A DNA stretch of 64,000 bases from Phoronis australis. Lineage: Eukaryota; Animalia; Phoronida. The stretch lies in NCBI GenBank assembly GCA_002633005.1, contig NMRA01000570.1, positions 1 through 64,000 of the forward strand, read 5' to 3'. The position numbers and the translations under genes are program-made. This document shows, in pieces, positions 1-12,737 of this stretch (position 1 is the first letter of the stretch; every line of letters starts with the position of its first letter). The notes below the pieces were generated by a model. The model worked only from the letters and a program-made list of their open reading frames with translations. It made no database searches and was not told the DNA's origin.

Positions 1-130
1 AATAGTCTCCAGTTCCATGACATGTCTCACTTGTTGTACAGGGTACATCAATAGTCTCCAGTTCCATGACATGTCTCACTTGTTGTACAGGGTGCATCAA
101 TGGTCTCCAGTTCCATGACACCTCTCACTT
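1..130. repeat. 49-bp tandem repeat, about 2.6 copies, in a PAK1IP1 intron (may extend left of the window)
   Basis: Unit aatagtctccagttccatgacatgtctcacttgttgtacagggtacatc starts at 1, 50 and 99. Confidence 0.9.
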
Positions 131-1062
131 ACTGAGTGCCAGTGAAGATGGCAAGATATGCCTGTGGCAGACCAGTGACTGGCAGTGTGTGAAAACTCTC
201 AAGGGACACAAGTACGTTCACTTTTACCATCTTGGCTGTAACTGAAATAAGTCTCACTAGAAGGTAACGAGTGTCTTGAGTATAACAAAACTTACAGTAA
301 AATCTCACCAACATGGCTGACAAGGGAAATTTTATTTGATCCTTTTGCCATTATACATACAGCACCAAATCAAATGATTTTTCATGGCCGTGTTTTGTAC
401 CACAGATGCAATGAAAGCAAGTTCTGAAAAATTCTGTGGATTCACGGTAATGATAGAAGCCATTGCAAAAATAAAAAAGCTATTATGAGAATGTTTTTTT
501 TCAAAATTTGTTGAGATCTTACCATACTTATTGAAAGCAGGTGATTTTTAGGTTGTTGACAAGGGAAATGTTAAGTACATATAAATTAGAAATGAGAAAA
601 TCACCAACTGCAGTGTCTTGGAGAAAGTGATCTTCATTTTTTTCATATCTTCCTGAATCCATGAAAGTATTAATTTTTGTTAACAAGTGGTGTCTTTTCC
701 TTGCTGTAAAGACTAACAGTGAACTGTAATTGTGACTTCAACTTTTATTTTCTGTAATGATCGGATCTTGGCGTTTTGATTTTTTCCAAAAATGGTACCA
801 AATGAATAAGGTATTTTAACCCCTATTTGGTGAACAGAACAAAAATCATATTTTCCTAAATGATTGCGAAGCCTTTCAGGCATGGTCCATTGTTGCCAGT
901 GCATATGCTACTGAAATAAAAGTCAGTACAAGACAAATGTTTACTTTCAACAGAACTTGATTGGCATTAGTTGGTGTTTAAAAGTTCTTTAGGACGGATA
1001 AAAGCACAGTTTTAGGTTTAGTATGGCATGTGCCATTTTGTATCTTGTATTGATATTTTTAG

Positions 1063-1190
1063 AGGCCCAGTCTATAGTTTGTCTGTGCATCCCACTGGGA
1101 AACTAGCGCTATCTGTTGGAAAAGATAAGACGTTGCGTACTTGGAACTTGGTGACTGGGCGGTCTGCGTATGTTGTCAACTTGAAGGAAG
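1063..1190 (+). CDS. PAK1IP1: PAK1-interacting protein 1 (WD40, Mak11 family), internal exon; the 5' part of the gene lies upstream of the window
   Basis: tttag|...|gtaac. Encodes GPVYSLSVHPTGKLALSVGKDKTLRTWNLVTGRSAYVVNLKE, matching the conserved HPSGKLALSVGxDKTLRTWNL motif of PAK1IP1/Mak11. Confidence 0.92.
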
Positions 1191-2092
1191 GTAACATGGT
1201 GATGGTGAATGTGCTTGGGGGTTGTCAAGGACATGTAGAAATGATTTTCATCAGAGCTGGTGCATATTCCACTGTAAGAAAGTCGTTAGACGCTTTCAGC
1301 AGGAATTCACGGCTTACCAAATGGAAATAGTGCTTTACTGTAATAGCTTTCACATTCAATTCAACATTAAATCTTAGCTGACCAGCCATCAAATCATTTT
1401 GGTGGTGGATCTTTTTGCTTGTATAATTTCTCGAGAGATACTCATCTTTCACTTGTGGGATTTTACGTGGTCTTACCTGATCTCGCTTTTCTTGGAAAAA
1501 ACTTGTTCTGTGGAACAAACCCACAGTCTGCATTGCTTCATTGTTTGTCAGTGCTCAGCAATCACTCACAATGGCACTCATTTGCATCTGATTTGACTGA
1601 CATTTACTGAGTTTACCTTGCTCATGTGCACAGCCACATGACTGTAGTTGTTGCGAGTTGAACTCGGGAGATTTTGGTTGAGAAATCTCTGCTAAGCTCT
1701 GAGCTTCGTACAATAATTAGCTTTGCAAGGTGGGATGTAAAAGGCTATGTATGATCACTGTTTGATCTAGTTGTATGTTTGTGTAAAGCATTTTACCTAA
1801 TGTATTGTTCAAGTCCACCTGTGTGGATAAGTAAGTGTTATCCACGACAGTAGATAACTACCATTCCGTCGAGAGATATTTGCTAAACACACCCCCTTTA
1901 CTGCTATGGAAGCCAGTATTAACAAATCAACCCGCAGAACGTGATGGCCCACACAGGATGATACTTCATACTTGGCCAGTAAATTCATTCAAGTTTCTGT
2001 CTATGTTGTGGTAAACTAATGGTACCTCATTTTGAAATTCTGTTCTATGTTTGCTAACAGTATGTAACTCGGTCTCGTTTTTCCTGTTTCAG

Positions 2093-2175
2093 TGGCCAAT
2101 CAAGTTGTTTGGTCATTGGATGGGGACAGGTTCTGTGTTCTCGTTGACCGGCGAGTAGACGTATACAATGTTGAG
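2093..2175 (+). CDS. PAK1IP1: PAK1IP1 exon
   Basis: tttcag|...|gtata, phase 1 to 0. Encodes VANQVVWSLDGDRFCVLVDRRVDVYNVE, a WD40 continuation. Confidence 0.85.
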
Positions 2176-3260
2176 GTATAGTTCTGTAGCAGCCCTTTGT
2201 TAACACAAACTTCGTTGAAAACCCGGCTAAACTTTTTGTTTGAAAGCTTGATACAGAGTTGAGGTAAATGACAAAAGCAGCATCTTGTGTCATCTTGGCA
2301 AACTATGAATAATAGCCTCATTCAGATATACCACCGTGTTCTATCCAGTTTTGCGGGAATTGCCCACAATGCTGTGTTTTGTTAGGACACTTGGTCTGCA
2401 GTTGTTTACAGCTGCCATGTTTATCACTTTTTCCTGCATCTTTTGTCATTTTGATGCAAAGAACAGCTTTACAGTGAGCTGCAGTGCCGAAACTAAAAAT
2501 TGACAAGCTTGGTGGCGTGCGATATATTGCTCCTTTGTGGTTTGTTTCAGCTCAAAAATGTTTTAACTGTCCAACCTTTTGAAAACTAGGTCAATCATGT
2601 AATGCATTTTTCGATCTCCATGAAGGAGGAGATTTGAATTCAGGAGGCGTCTGTCTCCAAATAGGATTTGGGTCATTGCTCACCCTGTTGGTAATACATG
2701 GTATATCATAACGTGTTTGCTTTATTCAAAGATAACCCAACTGTTCTGTGATATAATTAATGAGAACTCAGGTAACTGAATGAATAAAGAATTATCCACT
2801 GTCACAATACGTGTGATTTTGAAACAGCCTTAAATTTATGAAAAGTGTAAAATTGTTGCCCTTTGTAATTTGTTGTTTGGGTACGCTTACTGTCTGTATA
2901 TTAGATTTTAACCATAACTTGTTTGAAATAAACGTTTAAGAGATGTGAGAAGTGAATGTGAGGGAGTTTGTAACCTTGTGCTGGCAGGCGATAATCAAAA
3001 GCACATTTAACCTTAAGGTGACCTTGAGTTTTCCAGTTGATTTTTTCATTGATATGTCGAACATTGACTGACCAGAAAATAATTCTAAACCATGCTATAC
3101 ACAACAATACAATGCAATACTCAGTGACTTGCAGACGTGCAAAAGTTAAAGTAAGAATGACGCTGAAGATGTTGACATAAAAACTAGCAGTAAACTTTAG
3201 ATACAATTGGTGTGCAGTTGCCAGGAGGAAGTTGTGACTTTTTATACTGTTGTCTGCATC

Positions 3261-3462
3261 GTAGTCACTTACCGGAGTCCCATATTTTGAGAACTTGGGT
3301 AGAGTTCAATAGCTGTCTTGTGGCGAGAAAAATCTAGTCAAAATCACATGTTCTCATTGAAAATCTCTCAAGGTACTAGCTTATTGAACTCTACCTAGTT
3401 TTCTTCACTGAATAACAGGTGCCAAATTGGTTTTCAAAATGCGGGACCCTTGTTAGTGAATA
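3261..3462. mobile_element. Palindromic MITE-like element
   Basis: Terminal IR tagtcacttaccggagtcccatattttgagaac / gttttcaaaatgcgggacccttgttagtgaata, plus inner IR ggtagagttcaata / tattgaactctacc. Related to 6236-6337. Confidence 0.6.
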
Positions 3463-3867
3463 TTACCCGAGTCTGTCCGCCAATGTATGCAACTTCGCCC
3501 TCAGATCCCGGTAATGCAAACTCGATGCTTTGGAGTTACTCACAGCTTGTTTATTGATGAGTTTGTAACACTGTTATTTCATAAGGAAGAGCTTAAAAAT
3601 CACTTGGTGGTTTCAAGTAAAAGAATAGCCTTACTTCGAAATACATTCATGTGGGTTTTCACTTGGAACGTGTATGACACTAACACCATCTAGCGAGCAT
3701 TTGATCTCTGTCGTTGGGAATGGTAAACTAAATAGTGAACTATTTTTTACAGCTGAGTTAGTTCCTACTGCGTTTTCCACATTTTTTTATTTCTTGAAAT
3801 GTTTTCACTGCACTTATATTGGAAGACGAGACTGTTAATAAGAGTAATTTATGACTTTCTTTGACAG

Positions 3868-3930
3868 AATGCTGAAGTGTGCTACAGTATGTCTGCATCA
3901 TACAGGCTACATTCAGCTGTGTTTGTTAAG
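3868..3930 (+). CDS. PAK1IP1: PAK1IP1 exon
   Basis: ttgacag|...|gtgag, phase 0 to 0. Encodes NAEVCYSMSASYRLHSAVFVK. Confidence 0.75.
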
Positions 3931-4900
3931 GTGAGAAAATTTGCATGTCCTTGCACTTACATTATGTGATGTTACTTTAGGTAGTGCTAAAGTCAACCAA
4001 TAATGAAAGTATTAGAAATTTTGTGAAGAGAGACTTTCTAGTAACCATGTTCTTGAACATGTCTAGTTTGTGAGTCTGTATTGGAGTTTTCTGCAAAGCC
4101 CAGGTGAATGATGTACGGCCATTATCAAGTCTAAAACTTTACTGAGTTTTATAGAAAATAGACACTAAAACCATGGTAACCTTTTAGTATGTTATTGAGG
4201 GGAATTGAGATCTCTTCTATTTCAGCACTGGCTGCAGTGACGATACACCCGCCATATATTTGGGTTTGACTTTTGATTCCAAAATGTCATCTATCAAATA
4301 TATAACGTGGGCCTGTTTAGCGGAAACTGACATTATTTAAAACTACTGCCAAAACAATGTTATGACTTAGGGATGTGTCTTTACAAAATTTACTCTCCAA
4401 AATGAGTTGTAGTCGTAGACATGATGTGTTCATAATTTTATTCGCCATTCGGTTAATTTCCTACATTGCTGGTGGTCTCACCTCGTGAGTGATTTTCTGT
4501 TCAAACATGCAAAGGAATTCACTTCAAAAAAGCGAAATCTGTAGAAAGCTTTGTAGTTTCTATATTGCGTGAGAGAAATGGAATTTCATGTTTTTATTTA
4601 ATCCAAGATTTCGGTAGTTGAAAACATATATGAGTATCTGGCAATGTATTTTTAGTGAGCTGATTATCAGCTCATTTAAATACTTGTGTAACGTTATTGG
4701 CAATTGCTCATTTTGCCAAATATCTACAAAACCATAATAGCCTTTAGTTTGGTAAAAGAGTATATTTTCTAAAAAAACTATAGAATTTAATTTTTGATTT
4801 TGTACGAATTTGTCATTAATTTGTTAATGTAACGTGCAACTCAGTTGCATGTCACCATAATGCTGACCTGTATATAAGTGGTGTTTTGAATGTTTTGTAG

Positions 4901-4998
4901 AATGATGTCCTAGCAGTGGCTGGTGAGGGAGGATGCATTGAGTTACACAGCATTTCACATAACAAACTGATCCACAAGGAGTCACTGCAGACAACAAG
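4901..4998 (+). CDS. PAK1IP1: PAK1IP1 exon
   Basis: ttgtag|...|gtggg, phase 0 to 2. Encodes NDVLAVAGEGGCIELHSISHNKLIHKESLQTT. Confidence 0.82.
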
Positions 4999-5586
4999 GT
5001 GGGTCCTCAACCACTTGTCTGTATTTCTTGGAAGTGATTCTCTGTATTGGAAATAATTCTCTGTATTTCTTAGAGATTATTGTCTGCATTTTAATAAGTC
5101 ATGTATTTACCCCCTTTTCCTTGGCTGTGTAACCACTGTTATCTAGAACAAGTATTAGTTTGCCAACGTTCTTATGAATAAAAATTGCAATTGAAAAAGT
5201 TTTGTTAAAGGCTCCTCGCTGACAAAGAGATGTGAGCTCAGCTGGCTGCCTTTAGTGGATCATGTATCTGGTGTCGAGGCATAAACACTGGAATCAACGA
5301 CCAGCTAGTTCATTCGGTTGTTGAATTTCCAGGCCTTGTCATGAGTAATGTGTATACTGGGCTGAGCCAAAGATTAATAATTATCGATTACTACTTAATC
5401 AATGATATTTCAAGTAATAATTTAATTGCTTTCTAACAAAAATAGCAACCACTGTGTATTTGTTTCATGGGTCTGCTTGTAAAGTCTGGTTTTATTTTAA
5501 AGACAAGACATTCCATAGTAGCATCTGCTCTATTTCTGATTGAATTGTTTGACTGATGTGTATTGTCCTGAAAGCAAAATAGCAAT

Positions 5587-5860
5587 CTCCACCCTCTTTC
5601 TTGGTGAAGTGTGTCAGTGACGCATATTGTCATGACAACATGTTCTGTAATAGTAGCAGTCTCCACCCTCTTTCAGAGTGATGTGTTGACCTGTATTGTC
5701 CCGACAACATGCTCTATAATAGTGGTAAGCTCCGCCCTCCTTCAGAGTGTAGTGTTCCAGTGATCTGTATTGTCCAGACAACACGTTCCATAATGGCAGT
5801 TTCCATCCTCTTTCAGAGTGAAGTGTTTGAGTGTCCAATGGCGTCCTGACAACACATTCT
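5587..5860. repeat. About 70-74-bp degenerate tandem repeat of the intron/exon acceptor junction, 4 copies
   Basis: Units ctccaccctctttcagagtg...gacaaca start at 5587, 5661, 5730 and 5801. The last unit holds the used acceptor. Confidence 0.8.
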
Positions 5861-5919
5861 TGCTCATCTCAGCCTCCAGTAACGGACAGATCCATGTATT
5901 TAGTGGGTATTTGGAAAAG
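5817..5919 (+). CDS. PAK1IP1: PAK1IP1 exon
   Basis: tttcag|...|gtgag, phase 2 to 0. Encodes (R)VKCLSVQWRPDNTFLLISASSNGQIHVFSGYLEK (RVK...LVSASSDG-like motif). Confidence 0.85.
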
Positions 5920-6235
5920 GTGAGACATGCAGTAATATTTTTGTAACTATACCTGCAGGTCAGCTATGGTATTTTATTTTTTAAACTTGCTGTATTTTAT
6001 TTTTTAAACTTATTCAGTCATGAGCGCAAGTCATCTGCCGTGGAAATTCTTTGACCTTGAGCATTCAAAATAAATCACAACACATTCAAACATCACAGAT
6101 TCACACGTCATGTCATAATTTTTGTGGAGTACTGGATTTTCCAACAGGTGCAATTGCGTGTTTTTGTATGTGAGAGCACCTCCCACCTAACTGTATATGA
6201 ATGTTTGTAGCGACATCGACCTGTGTCAATGGGTA

Positions 6236-6337
6236 GTAATCACTTGCAGGGGTACCGCATTTTGAGAACCAGATTTCTCCACTGAACAACAGACATCAAA
6301 CTGGTTCTCAATATCCAGGACCACTGTAAGTGATTAC
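6236..6337. mobile_element. Short palindromic MITE, same family as 3261-3462
   Basis: gtaatcactt...ttgagaaccag / ctggttctcaa...aagtgattac inverted arms. Confidence 0.6.
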
Positions 6338-7319
6338 GGTAAAATCTTCTAAATTTAGAACTCAATACGGCAGACAAGTGAAATTTTATTTTCTCGTTTT
6401 TTCATACAAGACTTGTAGCTGCAACCATTGATTATAGACAACAGATTTGCAACTCCAACATTGTCTTCCATACTAAGCCAGAGGTGGCGCCACTCTCCTA
6501 AATTATCTTATTCATTTTCCGGTCAGTGTACTGTGAAGGGAAATTCTCGCATCTATTTTACTGTCCAGTACAACGAAAACAAAATAATTTTGGCATTGAA
6601 ACGCTGTTCAAAATCTTAAAATAGCAGAACTGTTGGTACCGTGAGTACTTTTAAAAATGCTACTACCACCCGACCATACAACAGCCGACAAAGATTAACA
6701 GATGACGTACTTGCCGGAAATAACACCAGATAATTTGGCCAGGTGTCGCTAGTGAATAATGACATAACGTTGTGTGGAAGAGCACAGATTCCGTCCATTG
6801 AAAGTATACGGAGTTGGCGGTGCATGTATTGCTGCAACTTAACGCTTTACCACATTCAACTTTTTTAAGGAAGCTATTATCAAGCCCTTAAGAAACGAAA
6901 AGGCACATTCAATTTTATCAATTATTCTTGTCCAAAATAAGTGGAAATTTGACTTTATTAACGTTTAACACACCTTATTGATAGCTACAGCTGGGAGTTG
7001 GGTCACCTGTGTCATGTGATGCTGTGTTCAAGCTCAGAATTTTCTGTGGCACTAGCTTTTAAAGTTATCTTGTTACAGTTAAAAAAATGTTATTTCAGGA
7101 AATACGGACTACACGTCTGTTGTACAAAGTATAGTGTTTGCACTACTTCTTAAAACTAACTGGAAGTCAAGGCTTTTCAAATGTCAGTTTTGACTGAGCA
7201 GTGGACCTGCTTCGTGGTTTTTCATTGATGTAGTCATCCAAGTGTGTTTATTGTATTGAAAGCTGACAATTTTTTGTTAATTCAACATACGAAGTTTTAT
7301 ATTATTTTATCTTTTCCAG

Positions 7320-7661
7320 ACTGCCGTGACTTTAGAGTTAGTAGCAAGTGTCAATACCAAATTCAGACTGCTGTGTTTGTCAGTACAATCCGGACCTTTT
7401 GAAAATAGTACGGCAACAAGTAGCAAATCAGCCTCAAAAACTGCAAAACGTAAACGACAAGATAATAGAGTGGAGAATCATGACAGTAGCATTGAATTCG
7501 ATAAAGATAAAGGAACGGAAAAAACGGGGGAAGGGGACGTAGCAGTTAAGAAGAAGAAGAAAGTCGTCATTGCCAGTGAACCCAGCCTTGTGAAAGCTGT
7601 TGAAAAAGGAAAGAAAGTGGAAAAGAAAAAGCATAAAAAGAAAAAACAGAAGGGGTTGTAG
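7320..7661 (+). CDS. PAK1IP1: PAK1IP1 last exon with Lys-rich tail
   Basis: ttccag|act gcc gtg. Encodes LVASVNTKFRLLCL (cf. NTxARLTCL) then a KKKKK-rich basic tail; TAG at 7659-7661. Confidence 0.85.
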   Translation, partial: TAVTLELVASVNTKFRLLCLSVQSGPFENSTATSSKSASKTAKRKRQDNRVENHDSSIEFDKDKGTEKTGEGDVAVKKKKKVVIASEPSLVKAVEKGKKVEKKKHKKKKQKGL

Positions 7662-7740
7662 GTTAGACATCTGATTGGTTTAAAAGTCAGAAGGGGTTGT
7701 AGCTTAGACATCTGATTGGTTTAAAAGCCAGAAGTTGTCA
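7647..7740. repeat. 41-bp tandem repeat (about 2.3 copies) spanning the PAK1IP1 stop codon
   Basis: cagaaggggttgtag(g/c)ttagacatctgattggtttaaaag at 7647, 7688 and partial at 7729. Confidence 0.85.
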
Positions 7741-8416
7741 TCAAGAACCAATCAGGTATCTTAGCTGAAATTGATTCATTTTGCCTGCTCCGCTCTGTCA
7801 ACCAGTTAAGGCATTTGGCACGCAAAAAGGTATTCAGACAAAATAACCCAGAGTTCCATGTCATGACGGATTCACAGACAGAGTAATCTTCCCTCGTGCC
7901 CGAGAATGAAGGATAATTTTAATACAGGGAAGTTGGTAAGGTGGCTAAGGCATTTTGTAACTAGAATTTTGACGCCCTAATAATTCTTACCAGTCATTTT
8001 TACTGTTAATAGAGTTAGCCGTCATGATGGGAAAATGGTATTTTGTCTGATTGTGTTAGTCATGTATTGTTCTACTCACCAGCTGTTGCGAAACAAAACA
8101 GTTAAGTGGCTGTTTATTTAATTCATAACATAGTGACTTAAGTACACAATAACTCGTCAAATTGGCATGATATCACGTAATATGGTGACTTTATTGTGTC
8201 ACAATTCAGAAGCTGGAAATGAAATGACAGCCATGTTGTGAATTCATTGAACCATGACTGAAGAAGTAAAAATAACTTGTTTGCTGTTTTATAATTTTTT
8301 TGGCGTTTCACGAAATAACATGGCGCCTTTGTTGTACCATGAGTGATCAATGAAATTGAAAATAAAATGTCATTTTCACTTTTTTCTGCATGCTGTCTCA
8401 AATCCATGTTGCTGGC

Positions 8417-8653
8417 CTAACCCACTGGAAAAGCAGTTCCCACAACTCGTTTTACTTTACTCAAGTAGGCGACGTCATAGGTGACAATCTTGATGTTTTT
8501 GCCATTTATACTGGTCTCACAGGCATCGTTGGGTCTCACCAGGAAACAGATGGTATAGGCAGCCATTTCAAATTCAGGGCTCGTTCCCACAAGCATGGTA
8601 CCTACCTCTTTCCATGCTTTGTTGATAGTGTACTGAGCTACCAACAGGTGGCT
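8417..8653 (-). CDS. ENDOU: Poly(U)-specific endoribonuclease (EndoU/XendoU), last exon
   Basis: tttcag|agc, phase 0. Encodes SHLLVAQYTINKAWKEVGTMLVGTSPEFEMAAYTICF...VGTAFPVG*, with the catalytic Lys and the GTSPEFE motif. Confidence 0.9.
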   Translation of the reverse strand, partial: SHLLVAQYTINKAWKEVGTMLVGTSPEFEMAAYTICFLVRPNDACETSINGKNIKIVTYDVAYLSKVKRVVGTAFPVG

Positions 8654-9179
8654 CTGAAACGACAATGTAAACCTTACTCCCTTGGAGACACCAATTTAGG
8701 GCACAGTATGGCTGACAAGTGATATATTGTTCCTGTATTTTATCCATAAAATGCATGTAGCTCCAAATTAAGTGCTTTTCTCAAGTTCTGTACTACAGTC
8801 ACCAAACGAGTTCATTCCAAAATTGTGGTTATTTACAGTAATGTTAGAATTCGTTCATATGCTAAGGAAACTGGCAATTTTGAGGACTGGAATTAGCATT
8901 ACAATAAATTTACATACATCCACAGGCTTCTTTTTTAACCAAAATCATAAAATTCCAGTTATTTTAAAGTACCTCGTAAAAAATGGAACATTTTAAAAGC
9001 AATTCCTACCAGTGTTTTTGAGAGCAGTGCAGAAAACACACTATCTGAACGTTTCACCTAAATCAAATTGGCCATTTCAATGTTCTGAAGTTTTCCAAAA
9101 TAATCTTAGACAGATTTGTTTTGTGGTACCCATATGTGACATTTTCCAGTTATCTGGATGAGTTAGGATCTATTGACCA

Positions 9180-9830
9180 CTTTTACCATGAAAATGTATT
9201 GTACAAGCATCGGATAAGTTATGGCGGGAACACCACATCTCTGATACGGCTGTCGTCTGTTTCATGAAAAAGGACTTAAGGTTACGTGGGACCCTAGAAA
9301 GATGGCCGAAATGGGCTGACTTCAGAACATCACATCTCAAACATGGCTGATCTGATTCATATGAAACTTTCACATGCTATGCTCAAGCTATGCTTAATGG
9401 AAACGCTGTTTGGAATTATTTTTTAAAATGTTACATTTTTGCATGAGGAGCTATCGAAAACAGGACTTGCGATTTTTATGAAAACATTTCAAAAGTTTCA
9501 TAAAACGAAAACGAAATGATATTTTAGAAAACTGTACCAATTTTTACGAGATCTTATCTTGGACGTTTTAAACGGAATTTGGTCATGTTATCGATATCGT
9601 TGTCTGGCTATGAATGTACCTTTATTTCTTGCTCAATTCACTAGACGTGGTCATATGACCCAAATGGTTGCAGAAAAATCCAACATTGCCATGTTTTCTA
9701 CTTTATAGAGTGAGCAACTAAAAACTGCCGCACCATTGACAATTTTTTTCAAAAAATCTTCGTACCAGAACCAAGTAATGTTTTTGGCATAACAGTCAAA
9801 ATAACTTGTATTCCATAGAAGCATGTCACT
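9180..9830. repeat. Dispersed repeat, probably a degenerate DNA-transposon fragment; related copies at about 11303-11750 and 57170-57500
   Basis: Shared motifs atcacatctca...gattcatat(g/c)aaactttca, aaaacgaaaac, aatttggtc(a/g)tgttatcgata. Confidence 0.55.
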
Positions 9831-9994
9831 GGAAGGTAAAACTTGCTCGATGACAATTTTTGCATGTAATTCACGGCAATATCGATTGCGAAGACTTGCG
9901 TGGTTTTGCTTTTCTCGCCAGAAACTTGCTCTACGGAACGTAGACCGGTTACCGTTTGAAAAGTTCGTTGGTCTTTTAGTCACTTAAGACTTAC

Positions 9995-10221
9995 ATTTCT
10001 CAAGCGCAGATATCCTTTATAGTCCAACTTTCCTGTCCTTTCTTGGTGTTGGAAACTGAGCCAATTATGCGACCCTGTAATCTCTCCATTCTTTATTTCT
10101 CCGACAAAAACGTGTTCAAACCCACTTGAATCCTGCCGCCCCCCGGCCCTTGAGTACAGAGTGAACCACAACTTACGGAGTTGGTTGATGAACTCAGAGT
10201 AGCCGCCACGCGGAGCATAAC
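9995..10221 (-). CDS. ENDOU: ENDOU catalytic exon, copy A
   Basis: tctcag|...|gtaagt, 227 nt, phase 1 to 0. Encodes [54 protein letters not shown]...GYLRLRN, with both catalytic His. Confidence 0.75.
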
Positions 10222-10913
10222 CTGAGAAAGTTGTTAACTGCCTTCTTAAAACCTGCCTTCAACCGGCCGTCAAAAGCTATTTTTAGTTAGATCACTTACA
10301 GTTATGAATTTTTTCTCAAATTGATCAGAAGTGATTTGAGAGAATTGACTATTAATCGAAACTACTGGGTCTCAACTGGTTTGTCGGTCATTGCGGTATA
10401 TTTTACACCGCGCTATTGTAAAACTACAACCAACGACAGTTCTTTCCACTCAGAAGCCACGTCTCATCAAAGCCACGAAAAAACGTCCATGCTTATATCA
10501 GGACGGAAAAGGTTGAGATCATTTTGTAGTGGTAAGTGGTCTAAAGCAAAAGTTCATTTCTTCAGGCGGAGCGCGACGGATTCTAGCGTACAATCACTCA
10601 CCTAACAAAATTTGAACGTCTCGTACACTTGAGCTTCATACTTTTCTGGTTACTTTTAAGTAACATTAAAATGTTTGCCGAAAACACCTATGACTAAGAA
10701 CCTGGTCTCGAGCAATAACTAATTGCTAATTGTTTTTAGGCACAGAAATAGGCTCCAAAGCTCTAATCTAACTGTTACCTTGGTTTAGGCCACCTACCGG
10801 TATGAAATTGATATAAAATATCTTTCTTAGTCATATTGGAGGTGATTTCAGGGCTTGGCCGCCGATAGAACTTAGAAATCGCTACATTGCTCGAGACGAG
10901 GCTTTTCAAGTTG

Positions 10914-11118
10914 CTTGCACGCACCCAGCCTAAAAATTGGGGACCTTGAATTTTTAGGAATGTAGACCGTTACTTAACGGGGTACTTCGATCCAGTGCTA
11001 TGAATTGTGCATCGGCCTTTTTAGTGGACTTATGTCTCTTTTTTCTACATTTCGGACTTTTTTCCCACTTCGCCAAATGAGGGGCTCTTTGAAGCCCACC
11101 TCCCTGGGTGCGCTCACG
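10914..11118. mobile_element. hAT5-like MITE (copy of 13276-13487)
   Basis: Termini cttgcacgcacccag / ctgggtgcgctcacg, flanked by agttg on both sides. Confidence 0.65.
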
Positions 11119-11900
11119 AGTTGGTTAGGTAGGGGATGTCATGCGCCGAGCATAGTTTCAAGAATTAGCGAATCTGTAGTTATTTGTAAATACAGAAACC
11201 ACCTANAAAGGCTATTATTTGGGCTTAGGTTTCGAATAAAAGTGTTTGCTTAAAGATCCGTTTCATGAAGTTTTTAACAAAAATGAAGCGGAAATAGTGC
11301 CTTTAATGGAAACGCTGTTTGGAGTTATTTTTTAAAATGTTACATTTTTGCGTGAGGGGATGTCGAAAACAAGACATGCGATTTTTATGAAAACATTTCA
11401 AAAGTTTCATAAAACGAAAACGAAATGATATTTTAGAAAACTGTACCAATTTTTACGAGATCTTATCTTGGAGGTTTCAAACGGAATTTGGTCGTGATAT
11501 CGATATCGTTGTCTGGCTATGAATGTATCTTTATTTCTTGCTCAATTCACTAGACGTGGTCATATGACCCAAAGGGTTGTAGAAAATCCAGCTCTGCCAT
11601 GTTTTCTACTTTACAGAGCGAGCAACTAAAAACTGCCGCACCATTGACTATTTTTTCAAAAAATCTTCGTACCAGAACCAAGTAATGTTTTTGGCATAAC
11701 AGTCAAACTAACTTGTATTCCGTAGACGCATGTCACTGGCGAGTAAAACTTGCTCGATGACAATCTTTGCATGTAATTCACGGCAATATCGATTGCGAAG
11801 ACTTGCGTGGTTTTGCTTTTCTCGCCATAAACTTGCTCTACGGAACGTAAACCGCTTACCCTTTGAAAAGTTCGTCGGTCTTTTAGTCACTAAGACTTAC

Positions 11901-12127
11901 ATTTCTCAAGCGCAGATATCCTTTATAGTCCAACTTTCCTGTCCTTTCTTGGTGTTGGAAACTGAGCCAATTATGCGACCCTGTAATCTCTCCATTCTTT
12001 ATTTCTCCGACAAAAACGTGTTCAAACCCACTGGAATCCTGCCGCCCCCTGGCCCTTGAGTACAGAGTGAACCACAACTTGCGGAGTTGGTTGATGAACT
12101 CAGAGTCTCCGCCACGCGTAGCATAAC
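11901..12127 (-). CDS. ENDOU: ENDOU catalytic exon, copy B
   Basis: Same splice sites and length as copy A. Encodes [11 protein letters not shown]...[19 protein letters not shown]...GSHNW; three amino-acid differences from copy A. Confidence 0.8.
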
Positions 12128-12737
12128 CTGAGAAAGTTGTTAACTGCCTTTTTAAAACCTGCCTTCCGTCGGCCGTCAAAAGCTATTTTTAGTTAGATCA
12201 CTTACAGTTATGAATTTTTTCCTCAAATTGATCAGAAGTGATTTGAGAGAATTGACTATTAATCGAAACTACAGGGTCTCAACTGGTTTGTCGGTCATGG
12301 CGGTATATTTTACACCGCGCTATTGTAAAACTACAACCAACGACAGTTCTCTCCACTCAGAAGCCACTTCTCATCAAAGCCACGGAAAAAAGTTCCATGC
12401 TTATATCAGGACGGAAAAGGTTGAGATCATTTTATAGTGGTAAGTGCTCTAAAGCAAAAGTTCACTTCTTCAGACGGAGCGCGACGGATTCTAGCGTACA
12501 ATCACTCACCTCACAAAATTTGAACGTCTCGTACACTCGAGCTTCATTCTTAAATGGTTACTTAATGTTCGCCGAAAACACCTATAACTAAGTGGATACC
12601 TTCAGTCCCACACTCCGCGCCGACTGAAATTATCTCCGGTAATTTTGGGAACAACAACCAGTGATAGTCATTCTGCATTTTTTTCGGATATGATTCCTGA
12701 TTATTCATAATATCTTAAATTGTTAAGCTGTTGTAGC

